A program made the translations under genes and the position numbers. Source: an uncultured Pseudomonadota bacterium (GTDB lineage: Bacteria > Babelota > Babeliae > Babelales > RVW-14). From it: a stretch of DNA of 64,000 nt. The notes beneath the pieces are model-generated. The model searched no databases. It saw only the letters and a program-made list of their open reading frames with translations, and was not told the DNA's origin. The stretch spans positions 757 through 64,756 of the forward strand of contig CAYUQI010000005.1 of assembly GCA_964446935.1 (NCBI GenBank). Reading direction: 5' to 3'. Shown here piece after piece: positions 45,475 through 54,784 of this stretch (positions are counted from its first letter, which is position 1; every line of letters starts with the position of its first letter).

Positions 45475-46098
45475 ATGGTTACGAATAAAAAAACACTTGT
45501 TCTTTCTTTGGCAATTGCTTGTGCTGGTGTTATGTCATGTGCTCAAGCACAACAACCGCAACTACCGACGCCGCTTCAAACAGCACAGCAAAAAATAGCT
45601 GCTGCTAATGGACAACCTGTCCAGTTGTTAGCTACTGAAGCTGCTGCCTTAGCAGCCCATGCTGCCCAAGAAGCACAAAATCAACCAACGAAAATAGGTA
45701 AGGTTTTTATTGGGCTTGCCAATGGTGTTGATAAATACATTTTTAAAAATGCTGTGAAACTTGTTACTAAGACAGGAGAAGGCATTGTGTATGTTTGTCG
45801 TGATATTAAAGCAAATCCTGGCACGGTTGTTGCCGGTGTTTCAACAGCAATAGCATTAACTTTTTGGTTCCTTCCTTCAATTACCAATCTAGTTGGTGTG
45901 GCAACCCCTACCGTGGCAGGCTATCAGACTCAATGCATATCTAATGATCGCATGGTTGCTCTTGTTCAAAATGGAGCCGTGGTTGCACTTACGCCAGTGT
46001 GTTCGACGGCATGGTGGGTAATTAGAAAAATATGGCAAAAAATGACAGCCCCTGAGGCTCCGGTTGCTCAACAACCAGTCGCTCAAAACAATCAATAA
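45475..46098 (+). CDS. hypothetical lipoprotein/membrane protein (ORFan operon gene 1)
   Basis: 207 aa. The signal peptide has a lipobox-like VMSC. An Ala/Gln-rich segment follows, then two hydrophobic segments (VVAGVSTAIALTFWFLPSI; VVALTPVCSTAWWVI). Confidence 0.5.
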   Translation: MVTNKKTLVLSLAIACAGVMSCAQAQQPQLPTPLQTAQQKIAAANGQPVQLLATEAAALAAHAAQEAQNQPTKIGKVFIGLANGVDKYIFKNAVKLVTKTGEGIVYVCRDIKANPGTVVAGVSTAIALTFWFLPSITNLVGVATPTVAGYQTQCISNDRMVALVQNGAVVALTPVCSTAWWVIRKIWQKMTAPEAPVAQQPVAQNNQ

Positions 46099-46164
46099 AC
46101 AATCTCCATTATTATAGAGATATTGTTTTTTGTATGCCTATCGACAGGGAAATGTGAGGTTATC

Positions 46165-47367
46165 GTGAATGTGTTAAAAAGATACAGCGTATTGGTTTGT
46201 ATTGCTAGTTGTTTGCTGTTTGTTAATGGTGCCATCGCTATGGATGATGCACCAGATGCCCAAATGGATAATGCAACAGCTGGTAGACGCGTACGCAAAT
46301 ATGGTAAGCGTAAGCGTGATGAATCAAAAGCCGGTAAAATAACAAAGCAATTCAAACAAAACGACGGAAGTTCTCAAAGGCATACATTTGAACAACCCAT
46401 TCCGGCAACGCCTATTGTTCAACAACAGGAACAACTACCTAGTTGGCAAAGTACTCTTAATCCATTCAATTATGCTCCATTAAAATATATTAAGCGATTT
46501 ATTAAAGGTAAAAGAAAATTGGTACCAGAGCCTAATGCATCTACAACTACAACAAATGGAGCCAATGTATTATCGAGTACAACACATTCATCTTATGTAT
46601 CTGCTCCACTGCCACCGCCTCTTCACGTAGAAACGCCAACAGCTTCTTCAAGTTCATCATCTTCTGCACAAACGATTACAGTGAGTGGTAATGACTACAA
46701 TGTTGATACGTATTTTGAGAAGAAAGACGATGGATGGCATTACAAGCAATATCTAAATGGTGCCAAGGCAGGAAGCCTTGTTCGTAAAGATGCGATTTTG
46801 AGACAGCTGCAGACATTGGGACAATTGAAACAACAGCTGGTACAAACGCTACCCCCGGCTGCTATTTCTGTCGATGAAGTCAAAGCATTGTCTGGCAGGA
46901 TTGATCAAATGGGAGCAACTATTCAGCAATTGCAAATGCAACAAAATCAACAACAATATGAACAATTTAGATCACGCATAAGTTTCTTGGCTCTTAATCT
47001 TGCGAGTATCGGTATGAGTTTATTTTTGGGCGGATGGACAACTTCAGTTATATGTAACATTATTGCGTTTGCATGTGATTACGTGCTTGGTTGTCAATGG
47101 ATTATGTCGCATTTTGGCGAAAAAACTCAAAAATTATTTCTTCGTATCAGAACAATTGTTTCTACTATTTCTGCCGGATTTGCTGTGTATAACTTTGTAA
47201 ATATGCACATAGAACTTAAGCAAACGATAACAGAGCTTAAACAAGAGTTGGCAAGAATAATGCCCGCTAGCGTTAACCAGGATACGCTTTCCTGGTGGCA
47301 AAAACCGTTGTATTCTGCTGTACGATTATTTGAGACAATTGGTTGCTCAGTAGCAAATTGTCATTAA
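46165..47367 (+). CDS. hypothetical secreted/membrane protein with basic KRKR patch, poly-Ser and Q-rich coiled coil (ORFan operon gene 2)
   Basis: Start probably GTG 46165 (GAGG upstream; the ORF-track start is 46123). Signal peptide LKRYSVLVCIASCLLFVNGAIA. Other elements: GRRVRKYGKRKRDE, SSSSSS, QQLQMQQNQQQYEQF, and three C-terminal hydrophobic helices. Confidence 0.5.
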   Translation: MNVLKRYSVLVCIASCLLFVNGAIAMDDAPDAQMDNATAGRRVRKYGKRKRDESKAGKITKQFKQNDGSSQRHTFEQPIPATPIVQQQEQLPSWQSTLNPFNYAPLKYIKRFIKGKRKLVPEPNASTTTTNGANVLSSTTHSSYVSAPLPPPLHVETPTASSSSSSSAQTITVSGNDYNVDTYFEKKDDGWHYKQYLNGAKAGSLVRKDAILRQLQTLGQLKQQLVQTLPPAAISVDEVKALSGRIDQMGATIQQLQMQQNQQQYEQFRSRISFLALNLASIGMSLFLGGWTTSVICNIIAFACDYVLGCQWIMSHFGEKTQKLFLRIRTIVSTISAGFAVYNFVNMHIELKQTITELKQELARIMPASVNQDTLSWWQKPLYSAVRLFETIGCSVANCH

Positions 47368-47377
47368 TGGAGGCTCT

Positions 47378-48274
47378 ATGGTTATGAGTAATAAAATAAA
47401 AATAGTTTTGAGTACTATTGTTTTTTTCATGGTGAGTGGGATTCCTTTTTTGCGTGGGCAGCAAGATAAGAGAATATTTGATGAGGGCTCTCCTGAAAAA
47501 CAGTTACTCATAAAGACTGATGGCACTACATCTTTTTATAATCGTGTACATGCTTGTTTTAATAATACGTCGCAATTGCCTTCGAATGTGTTGGATACGT
47601 CTATTAAGGTGATTCTGAATGATGCTTTATGGCAAACACTTGCAGCTAATTGTACCAATAAACGTATCTCTGCTTTCAAAGTAAATTTACCCCCACTGCC
47701 AACCGGATTTGTTGATCAACCATCACAAAATAGCAAGATACCGGTAACAGGAGACTACAAAAAGATAGTGCTTTATTATATTACCGCTGCCTATATGTTG
47801 GTTGCCAAAAATCTTTCGCATACTCATCAAACATGGAAGACGTTTTTCTCCCAGACTCAAAATTGTACAGCCTATGTAAATGTATTACGTGGGGCGGTGC
47901 AGGCAGTTGCATATTGGCAGAATGTTTTTGACGATGGATACTGGGTGCAGGTTGCTCAGAGTCTTGCAAATGTTTGTAGCCAGGCTAAACCACTCCCTGC
48001 TGATGCAATTATTGATGGGGACTTTGATACTTTGTATGTTCACGAACTTAACAAAACGGTCAACCAATTGAAGTTTTGGGCTAAGGTTAGTGTGGCAACA
48101 TTATTTATAGTTCATGGACTGACTGCATTAGCTGAACATTGTGTTCCTCATTATCATAGTAATTTATCATCGAATCTTTCGGCGGCATTTGTTGCCGATG
48201 TTACAGTAGCGTTAATGATTGCTGGTACTGCAAAAACAGTAAGTTTTATTACAAGAAAATTGTTTGGTCGTTAA
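47378..48274 (+). CDS. hypothetical secreted protein with C-terminal two-helix hydrophobic hairpin (ORFan operon gene 3)
   Basis: 298 aa. GGAGG lies just upstream, followed by a signal peptide. The C-terminus has VSVATLFIVHGLTALA and AAFVADVTVALMIAGTA separated by about 20 aa. Confidence 0.5.
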   Translation: MVMSNKIKIVLSTIVFFMVSGIPFLRGQQDKRIFDEGSPEKQLLIKTDGTTSFYNRVHACFNNTSQLPSNVLDTSIKVILNDALWQTLAANCTNKRISAFKVNLPPLPTGFVDQPSQNSKIPVTGDYKKIVLYYITAAYMLVAKNLSHTHQTWKTFFSQTQNCTAYVNVLRGAVQAVAYWQNVFDDGYWVQVAQSLANVCSQAKPLPADAIIDGDFDTLYVHELNKTVNQLKFWAKVSVATLFIVHGLTALAEHCVPHYHSNLSSNLSAAFVADVTVALMIAGTAKTVSFITRKLFGR

Positions 48275-48313
48275 TTAGTTAAAACCCATATTTTTTTATT
48301 AGGGAGGTTTCTC

Positions 48314-49189
48314 ATGAAAAAACCAATATTTCGTAGGATTTTGTTTTCGTTATTTGTCGTTTGTTGTTCATTGGAATTAGGAGCAATGCAAGCGCCTGCT
48401 ATGCCTGAAGTTGATGATACAGCTATTCAAGCTCCAACTTCTTTAGATGGTGTTAAAAACACCGTTCTTGGGCACGTTGTAAATCTTTCGTTTGATAAGG
48501 TTTTTGATAGTACAGACGCCTCAAAATTGTCTACTGATACAACGAAGGTTTTGGACGCTGTTAATGCATCAAAAACAGATGTTAGTGAAGATGTTTACAA
48601 TGCTTATATTGAATTGTTTTGGTCAAAAGTAGGATTGGCACTTGTTGTACAATTTGTTAAAGCATTTACGTTTGATGATGTTGCTACGTGTTCAAAGCAG
48701 GCAATTGAAAACATTGTTACAACAAAGTTTACGCAGCTTAAGGGGCGCCTTGATAATCAATTAGTAACCAGTGCTGCTATTAATAATGATAAAATGAATA
48801 TTACTGTTCAAGGTATTACCTATCAGTTGGAGATTTGCGATACTATTGGGAAAATAGCTGCTGTATTGACGACTGCTACGACCTTTGTTAAAGCGGTTAA
48901 AACTGCTCTTACACAATGGGGCTCTGCCTTGATTGATGCTAAAGTTATTAAGTTTAATTCTCAGACATATACGCTCAAAGAATATACTCAAAGTATTCAA
49001 GAGCTTTGCAAAAAGCTTGTTCAGGAAGATTATATTAAATTGGTCAGAAGCGTTGCACAAAGATTTGCAGGCAAGGGACGAGATTTTGCTCGTGATCAAC
49101 ATACTCAGCAAGTAAATAGTCATATTTCAACACAGTTGCAAAATAATTTGTATCAAGCAATGGATGATGCTCGAGATACTGATCTGTAA
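48314..49189 (+). CDS. hypothetical secreted protein (ORFan operon gene 4)
   Basis: 291 aa with a GGGAGG RBS and an MKKPIFRRILFSLFVVCCSLELGA signal peptide. The rest looks helical. No family recognised. Confidence 0.5.
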   Translation: MKKPIFRRILFSLFVVCCSLELGAMQAPAMPEVDDTAIQAPTSLDGVKNTVLGHVVNLSFDKVFDSTDASKLSTDTTKVLDAVNASKTDVSEDVYNAYIELFWSKVGLALVVQFVKAFTFDDVATCSKQAIENIVTTKFTQLKGRLDNQLVTSAAINNDKMNITVQGITYQLEICDTIGKIAAVLTTATTFVKAVKTALTQWGSALIDAKVIKFNSQTYTLKEYTQSIQELCKKLVQEDYIKLVRSVAQRFAGKGRDFARDQHTQQVNSHISTQLQNNLYQAMDDARDTDL

Positions 49190-49257
49190 TTTTAAATAGT
49201 TATAAGGAATAGGGGGAAGCTTTTTTTAGCTTCCTCCTATCTACATAAAGAAGAACA

Positions 49258-49977
49258 ATGAAGTTACGTTGGATTTTAAATTTTTTTTCTCAGAAATATG
49301 GCCTTATAGCTGGAATTGTGCTTGTAATAGCGAGCCTCTTTGGTTTTGTCTATTACATAACATACGATAGTTCTAATCAACATTGTTTGCCTGCGTTCAC
49401 TTTGCAAAATACATCAGATACTATTCAAAAAAATATTCCTTCTTGTGCGTGTAGTGAGCATGTGAAGCAAGAAAAATTGGCTACCCCTAAGCCATCACGT
49501 ATCGACAAAAAATCTCAAAGCAATGATTCAGTAAATCAGGATGCTCAATCAAACGCCGAGAAGTCCGAGGTGCATGATAAAGAGCAGAATGATTCTGAAA
49601 TACCGGAACCGACTGTTGATGATGAATTGCTTGATCAACTGGCTGCTGAGCAATTAATGCGTGATTTAGCGCAGGACAATGAAAAGAACGATCATCAACA
49701 ATCAGAAAAATCCAATGATAAACCGGTTGTCAATTCCAAGCAATCGAAAGAATCACAACAATCATCAGATAAGCATAAAAACGCATCAGGCGATGATTCA
49801 TCTGTCGGATATGGTGGTAACCAATCAGATGCACAGTTACGTAATGAATTGGATCAAAGCACAGCATTTGCAAAACAACGCTTTATAAGCGAACAAGCAC
49901 GTCAAGCGCTTGAGGAAAGCAAGGCTGAAGTTACGAGAAAAATTAAAGAGCAGATTATCGGTTCGCTTGGAGGATAA
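49258..49977 (+). CDS. hypothetical single-pass membrane protein with long acidic/Ser/Gln-rich disordered region (ORFan operon gene 5)
   Basis: 239 aa with an N-terminal TM segment YGLIAGIVLVIASLFGFVYYI. About 150 aa of low-complexity D/E/S/Q/N/K sequence follows. Confidence 0.5.
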   Translation: MKLRWILNFFSQKYGLIAGIVLVIASLFGFVYYITYDSSNQHCLPAFTLQNTSDTIQKNIPSCACSEHVKQEKLATPKPSRIDKKSQSNDSVNQDAQSNAEKSEVHDKEQNDSEIPEPTVDDELLDQLAAEQLMRDLAQDNEKNDHQQSEKSNDKPVVNSKQSKESQQSSDKHKNASGDDSSVGYGGNQSDAQLRNELDQSTAFAKQRFISEQARQALEESKAEVTRKIKEQIIGSLGG

Positions 49978-49983
49978 TAAACA

Positions 49984-51069
49984 CTATTTCTCAATTGAAG
50001 GTTTTGTTTCTTTTTCCTCTTGCCCGATAAGTTCTTCATGAAAAATAATTACTTCATTACCAAATCGTATGTGCCAATCGTTAGGATATTGTTTCTTAAT
50101 TTCTTCTGCAAAATTCTTCATTATTTCGCGCCATAAGGGCGTTCCATGCTTTGATTGGGCATACGTTTCTGCTGTCGAAACAATGTCTTTAATACCCAAT
50201 GCTTTTGCTGTTGCTTTGTGTGTTGCTATATCCTGTTTGCTTAAAGCACTTTCAGGAGAAAGCAGGAGCGCCTGATATTCTCCCATAACAGATACTGGAA
50301 TGGTTTCTCTGCGGTATTTTTTTAAGGATATATCAGCACTGAGGCTATCTATGCATTCATCTAAACTTTCTTGCAGCTCGATACTCGTTGGCATAGCAAT
50401 GGTATGTTTAACCCGTATTTTTTCTGTTATTTCAGCTAATTTATTTTGAATTTTTTGCTTGATGAGGCTGATCATATGTAAAAAAGCATCTTTTCCGCGC
50501 AGCCCAAATTCTTCAAATTTAATAAACATAAGTGGTTTGCCATCGATAATACCAATTTTACCAAAAAGAATGTGGTGTTTATTTTCTACAGGAAGCGGTT
50601 GATCCTTTCTTGGATCAATCCCATAGTGCACAAATTCACAATCTGTTTTTTTAACAAGAAGGCCTTTTTTCTTTGCTCTGCCCATGTAGAGATAGTAATT
50701 ATTAAAATGTGTTGATCGACGAGGGTAGGCCTTTTTGAGAGTGATCCAAATTTCTTTACACATATCGCCATCAAATAGTTTTCTTACATATTCGACCATG
50801 AAGTTCCACAAAGTCCAGTCTTTATCTTCAAGAACAATGGTACCTGACGAAAAATCATATCCACCGTTTTTATCAGGAACATAGGAGTATAAGAAGTGTA
50901 AGGTGGCGATAATGGCCTCTAAGTCATCAATGGCTGTAGCCTGGGTTTTGGGATGTTTATTATACAGTGATTGGAGAAACGTTTTTCCTTTGTTTATGAA
51001 GGCTTCGTCGGCTGCGGCATAAACGGTGAAGTATGATGCGAGTAATACTAATGAGAGAATTTTTTTCAT
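49984..51069 (-). CDS. hypothetical secreted protein (ORFan)
   Basis: 361 aa with an MKKILSLVLLASYFTVYAAA signal peptide and globular-looking sequence. No motif recognised. It is convergent with the ORFan operon. Confidence 0.5.
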   Translation of the reverse strand: MKKILSLVLLASYFTVYAAADEAFINKGKTFLQSLYNKHPKTQATAIDDLEAIIATLHFLYSYVPDKNGGYDFSSGTIVLEDKDWTLWNFMVEYVRKLFDGDMCKEIWITLKKAYPRRSTHFNNYYLYMGRAKKKGLLVKKTDCEFVHYGIDPRKDQPLPVENKHHILFGKIGIIDGKPLMFIKFEEFGLRGKDAFLHMISLIKQKIQNKLAEITEKIRVKHTIAMPTSIELQESLDECIDSLSADISLKKYRRETIPVSVMGEYQALLLSPESALSKQDIATHKATAKALGIKDIVSTAETYAQSKHGTPLWREIMKNFAEEIKKQYPNDWHIRFGNEVIIFHEELIGQEEKETKPSIEK

Positions 51070-51148
51070 GGAAGGCTCCTTGCCACGAATGGATTTAAAA
51101 AATCTCTTGCAAATATCTCAAAAACTTAATAACTCAGTTTAGAGTTTA

Positions 51149-54100
51149 TTACAACACAATTTGTGTACTGATACCAGTATTGGCAAGATTTTTAAAAATT
51201 CCTTGTTCAAAACCAACTTTAGTTGAAGAATACAGTGTAAATGGTTGGTTCTGTTCTTTGAAAATAATTTGGAGAGGCAAAGCCCCTTTGGGAAGTGATT
51301 CTTTGACACTTTTGAGTTGTTCTTCGGTAAATTCTTCTGGCATTGTGATCATGACTGCTTTAAAGAGCGTTGGATCATTGAGTGCCGTTTCTGCTGGAAT
51401 TAAGTCATTGGCTTTAATTTTGCATGTTGTTTGAGCTGTGATATCAAGCGTACCCTTAATGATAAAAACGTTGTATTGACTCAAAAGCGTTTCTACTTTT
51501 GCAAACAACGTTGGAAAAACAATGACTTCTGCGCTTCCTGACAAATCTTCGCATTGTACAAAGGCCATACGGTCACCCTTTTTAGTGGTGATCGTTTTGT
51601 AGGTTTGCACTAGTCCGCAGCAGGTAATAAATGGTTCCTTAAGTGAGTTGACTTGTTTGACCATATCACGTGCTTGTGCAAGCGGTGTAAGGGCAACAAG
51701 AGAAAGCGCTGGGAATGTTTTGAGTGGGTGTGAACTCAGATAAAATCCTGCAACCTCGCGTTCTTTTTCTAATTTTTCTTTATCAGGCCACTCAGGGAGA
51801 GGCTGGAAAAGATAACCATCTTGATCATTCGACTGCTCATTCGATTCTTTCTTGGGTTCCTGCAGGACGGCAAACAGTCCCATTTGGCCTGTCTTTGCAG
51901 CCTCTTTTTCTTCGTGGGCACGTTCAATAATGGTATCGAGCTCTGCGGATTTTTGTGCTCGATTACCTGGTAGGCAGTCAAGCGCTCCTGCATAAATTAA
52001 GCTTTCAAGAACGCGTTTGTTGGCAACGCGCAAATCGACGCGTTTGCATAGTTCCAAAAGAGAGGTAAATGGTTTTTTGCCACGTTCCTCCAGCATGCTT
52101 TGCAATGCCGCAAGCCCAACATTTTTAATGCCTTTCAAGCCAAAAACAATTCCATCTTTTGTTGCCGTAAATTCAATGTTTGAAGCATTAATATTTGGTG
52201 GTATGGTGACTAACCCCATATCATGGATTTCTTGCAAATACTTGGTCATATTGTCGGGGCTATCAGTTTCAAATGTTACCACTGCTGCCATAAACTCGTG
52301 AGGATAATTCGCCTTGAGATAAGCGGTGTGATAGGCAATCAAAGCATAGGCTGCAGAGTGCGATTTGTTAAAGCCATAACCAGCAAAGTAGGCCATCAAT
52401 TCAAACAGTTCAGCTGCCTTGCTCTCATCAAAACCTTTTTCCTTGGCGCCTTTAACAAAAAGAGCTTTTTGCTCGGCCATGACGTCTGCTTTTTTCTTTC
52501 CCATGGCGCGGCGTAAAATATCGGCGCCGCCAAGCGTGTATCCACCAATAGCAGATGCAATTTTCATGACCTGCTCTTGGTACACAATAACGCCATATGT
52601 TTCGGCTAAGATAGGTTCAAGCTCCGGAAACATATACGTTGTTTGCTTGCGGCCATGGCGGCGGTCGATGTAATCATCAACCATGCCTGAACCAAGTGGT
52701 CCTGGACGATATAAAGCGTTGACGGCAATTAAATCTTCAAATTTATCTGGTTGCAGTTTGCGCAACACTTCGCCAATGCCTTCAGATTCAAATTGAAACA
52801 CTCCTTTGGTTTGTCCTTTACGAATGAGCTCAAATGTTTTGGTATCATCAAGCGAGAGTTTATCAAGATTGAGCGCAATACCATGGTTCCTGTGGATGGC
52901 TTTCAGTGCTCGATCAATAACGGTAAGGTTCTGAAGGCCCAAAAAGTCCATTTTGAGAAAGCCGACCGCCTCGAGTTCTGTCATTGCATATTGTGCAACA
53001 AGATCAGAGCTTTTGCTTGGGACAAACAGTGGTAGGCATTCAGAAAGTGTTTCTGGCGAAATAACAACACCTGCCGCATGTTTTGATGCATGTCGTGTGA
53101 GTCCTTCAAGCTTAAAACAGACATCAAATAGGTGTTTTACTTTGGGATTGCTATCAATGAGTTGCTTGAGTCGTGGTTCTTGCGTAATAGCGTCATCGAG
53201 GGTGATTTTGAGTTGTTCAGGAATTAAATCTGTGATTGCATTGGCGTCTTGGAAAGGAAAGCCAAGGACGCGGGCCACATCTTTGATGACTCCTTTTGCC
53301 ATCATGGTACCAAACGTAATGATTTGGCATACGCAATCATGGCCGTATTTATCTTTAACGTAATTAATAACTTCTTCGCGACGTTCAATACAAAAATCAA
53401 TATCGATATCGGGCATCGACACGCGTTCTGGGTTTAAGAAACGCTCAAACAGGAGATTATATTTAATGGGATCAATATTGGTAATTTGTAGTGACCAGGC
53501 AACAAGTGATCCTGCGGCCGATCCACGACCTGCGCCAACCGGAATATTTTGCAGCTTAGCCCATTGGATAAAATCGCTAACGACCAAAAAGTATCCAACA
53601 AACCCCATTTTGATAATGAGTTCAATCTCAATTCTTAGTCGTTCATCATACACAGCGTGTTGATCGTGAGGAATTAAGTCGTGATCTTTCAGTCGAGTCA
53701 GCCCATCATGACACAATTTTTCAAAATAAGTTGTTTGAGTAAAGGGTTCAGGGATTGGAAATGCAGGGAAATGAAGTTTGCCGAATTCAAAGGCGAAATC
53801 GCATTGTTCTGCGACAAGCTCTGTATTCCAGATAGCGTCGTGATTATCAGGGAAGGCATTGAGCATTTCTTGTGTAGTACGAACATATGGATAGCAATCG
53901 CCAAACGAAAAACGGTCTGGATTCGATAACTGATCTTTTGTTTGGATGGAAAGCATAATTTCATGTGCATCACGATCTTCTTTTTTTAAATAATGTGCAT
54001 CAGTTGTGGCTATGCATTTAACGCCCCATTCTTTGGCATAAGGAATGAGGACTTTGTTGGTTTCTATTTGTCGGTCGAATTCTGCTGGTTGTAATTCAAA

Positions 54101-54610
54101 AAAGAAACGATCCGGGCCAAAATGATGTAAAAAGAAGTCGGTGCGCTTTTTTGCTTCATCAATATTGCCTTCGCGCAAAAGGGTTGGAATGTGACCGCCA
54201 CAACAAGCTGTTGTGACGATAAGCCCCTCGTGATGTTTTTCCAACATTGCGTAGTCAATGCGTGGTTTGAAATAAAACCCTTGTTGGTATGACATGGCAA
54301 TGAGTCGGCATAGATTTTTATATCCTTCTTTGTTCTGAACAATAACAAGGAGGTGGTTGTATTTATCCTCAGAATCTTTAATGGCAATATCAGGAGTAAA
54401 ATACATTTCTATGCCCAAGATTGGCTTGATACCTGCTTTTTTAGCTTGTTGGAAAAATTTAACAGCACCAAAAATATTGCCGTGATCAGAGATTGCGGCC
54501 GCTGTCCATTGCTGTTCCTTGGCAAAAGCTAAATAGTCTGGAATGCGAATGGCGCCGTCCAGAAGTGAAAATTCGGTGTGTATATGAAGGGGGGTAAATT
54601 TTTGTTCCAT
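51149..54610 (-). CDS. dnaE: DNA polymerase III alpha subunit
   Basis: 1153 aa with the PHP domain start FTPLHIHTEFSLLDGA, a polymerase core (PDIDIDF, GRGSAAGSLVAW, LGLLKMDFLGL-like FLKMDFLGLQNL) and an OB-fold C-terminus. Confidence 0.97.
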   Translation of the reverse strand: MEQKFTPLHIHTEFSLLDGAIRIPDYLAFAKEQQWTAAAISDHGNIFGAVKFFQQAKKAGIKPILGIEMYFTPDIAIKDSEDKYNHLLVIVQNKEGYKNLCRLIAMSYQQGFYFKPRIDYAMLEKHHEGLIVTTACCGGHIPTLLREGNIDEAKKRTDFFLHHFGPDRFFFELQPAEFDRQIETNKVLIPYAKEWGVKCIATTDAHYLKKEDRDAHEIMLSIQTKDQLSNPDRFSFGDCYPYVRTTQEMLNAFPDNHDAIWNTELVAEQCDFAFEFGKLHFPAFPIPEPFTQTTYFEKLCHDGLTRLKDHDLIPHDQHAVYDERLRIEIELIIKMGFVGYFLVVSDFIQWAKLQNIPVGAGRGSAAGSLVAWSLQITNIDPIKYNLLFERFLNPERVSMPDIDIDFCIERREEVINYVKDKYGHDCVCQIITFGTMMAKGVIKDVARVLGFPFQDANAITDLIPEQLKITLDDAITQEPRLKQLIDSNPKVKHLFDVCFKLEGLTRHASKHAAGVVISPETLSECLPLFVPSKSSDLVAQYAMTELEAVGFLKMDFLGLQNLTVIDRALKAIHRNHGIALNLDKLSLDDTKTFELIRKGQTKGVFQFESEGIGEVLRKLQPDKFEDLIAVNALYRPGPLGSGMVDDYIDRRHGRKQTTYMFPELEPILAETYGVIVYQEQVMKIASAIGGYTLGGADILRRAMGKKKADVMAEQKALFVKGAKEKGFDESKAAELFELMAYFAGYGFNKSHSAAYALIAYHTAYLKANYPHEFMAAVVTFETDSPDNMTKYLQEIHDMGLVTIPPNINASNIEFTATKDGIVFGLKGIKNVGLAALQSMLEERGKKPFTSLLELCKRVDLRVANKRVLESLIYAGALDCLPGNRAQKSAELDTIIERAHEEKEAAKTGQMGLFAVLQEPKKESNEQSNDQDGYLFQPLPEWPDKEKLEKEREVAGFYLSSHPLKTFPALSLVALTPLAQARDMVKQVNSLKEPFITCCGLVQTYKTITTKKGDRMAFVQCEDLSGSAEVIVFPTLFAKVETLLSQYNVFIIKGTLDITAQTTCKIKANDLIPAETALNDPTLFKAVMITMPEEFTEEQLKSVKESLPKGALPLQIIFKEQNQPFTLYSSTKVGFEQGIFKNLANTGISTQIVL

Positions 54611-54657
54611 GTGATTACACCGTGGTTTTTGTTTTTATTTATCACAGTGTAATCACA
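54610..54657 (-). promoter_or_regulatory. perfect 10-11 bp inverted repeat abutting the dnaE start codon (5'-leader hairpin or operator)
   Basis: GTGATTACAC (54611-54620) and GTGTAATCAC (54647-54656) are exact reverse complements with a 26-nt spacer. The pairing extends to the A of the dnaE ATG (54610/54657). Confidence 0.4.
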
Positions 54658-54784
54658 AATATGAGAAAAGTTGAGGAATATGTTTTGTTAGCGTTTTTTT
54701 AGTTTATTGAATATCAGTAAAGACTTCTTGTAACTTTAAAATAATGGGTCACCTGATTCAATCGAAGATAGTAGGGGGAGCGTT

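Noticed and set aside
52953-53363. 136-aa plus-strand ORF, plus several 60-100 aa ORFs, antisense to dnaE
   Set aside because: These are antisense shadows within a 3.4-kb highly conserved gene, with no RBS or motif.
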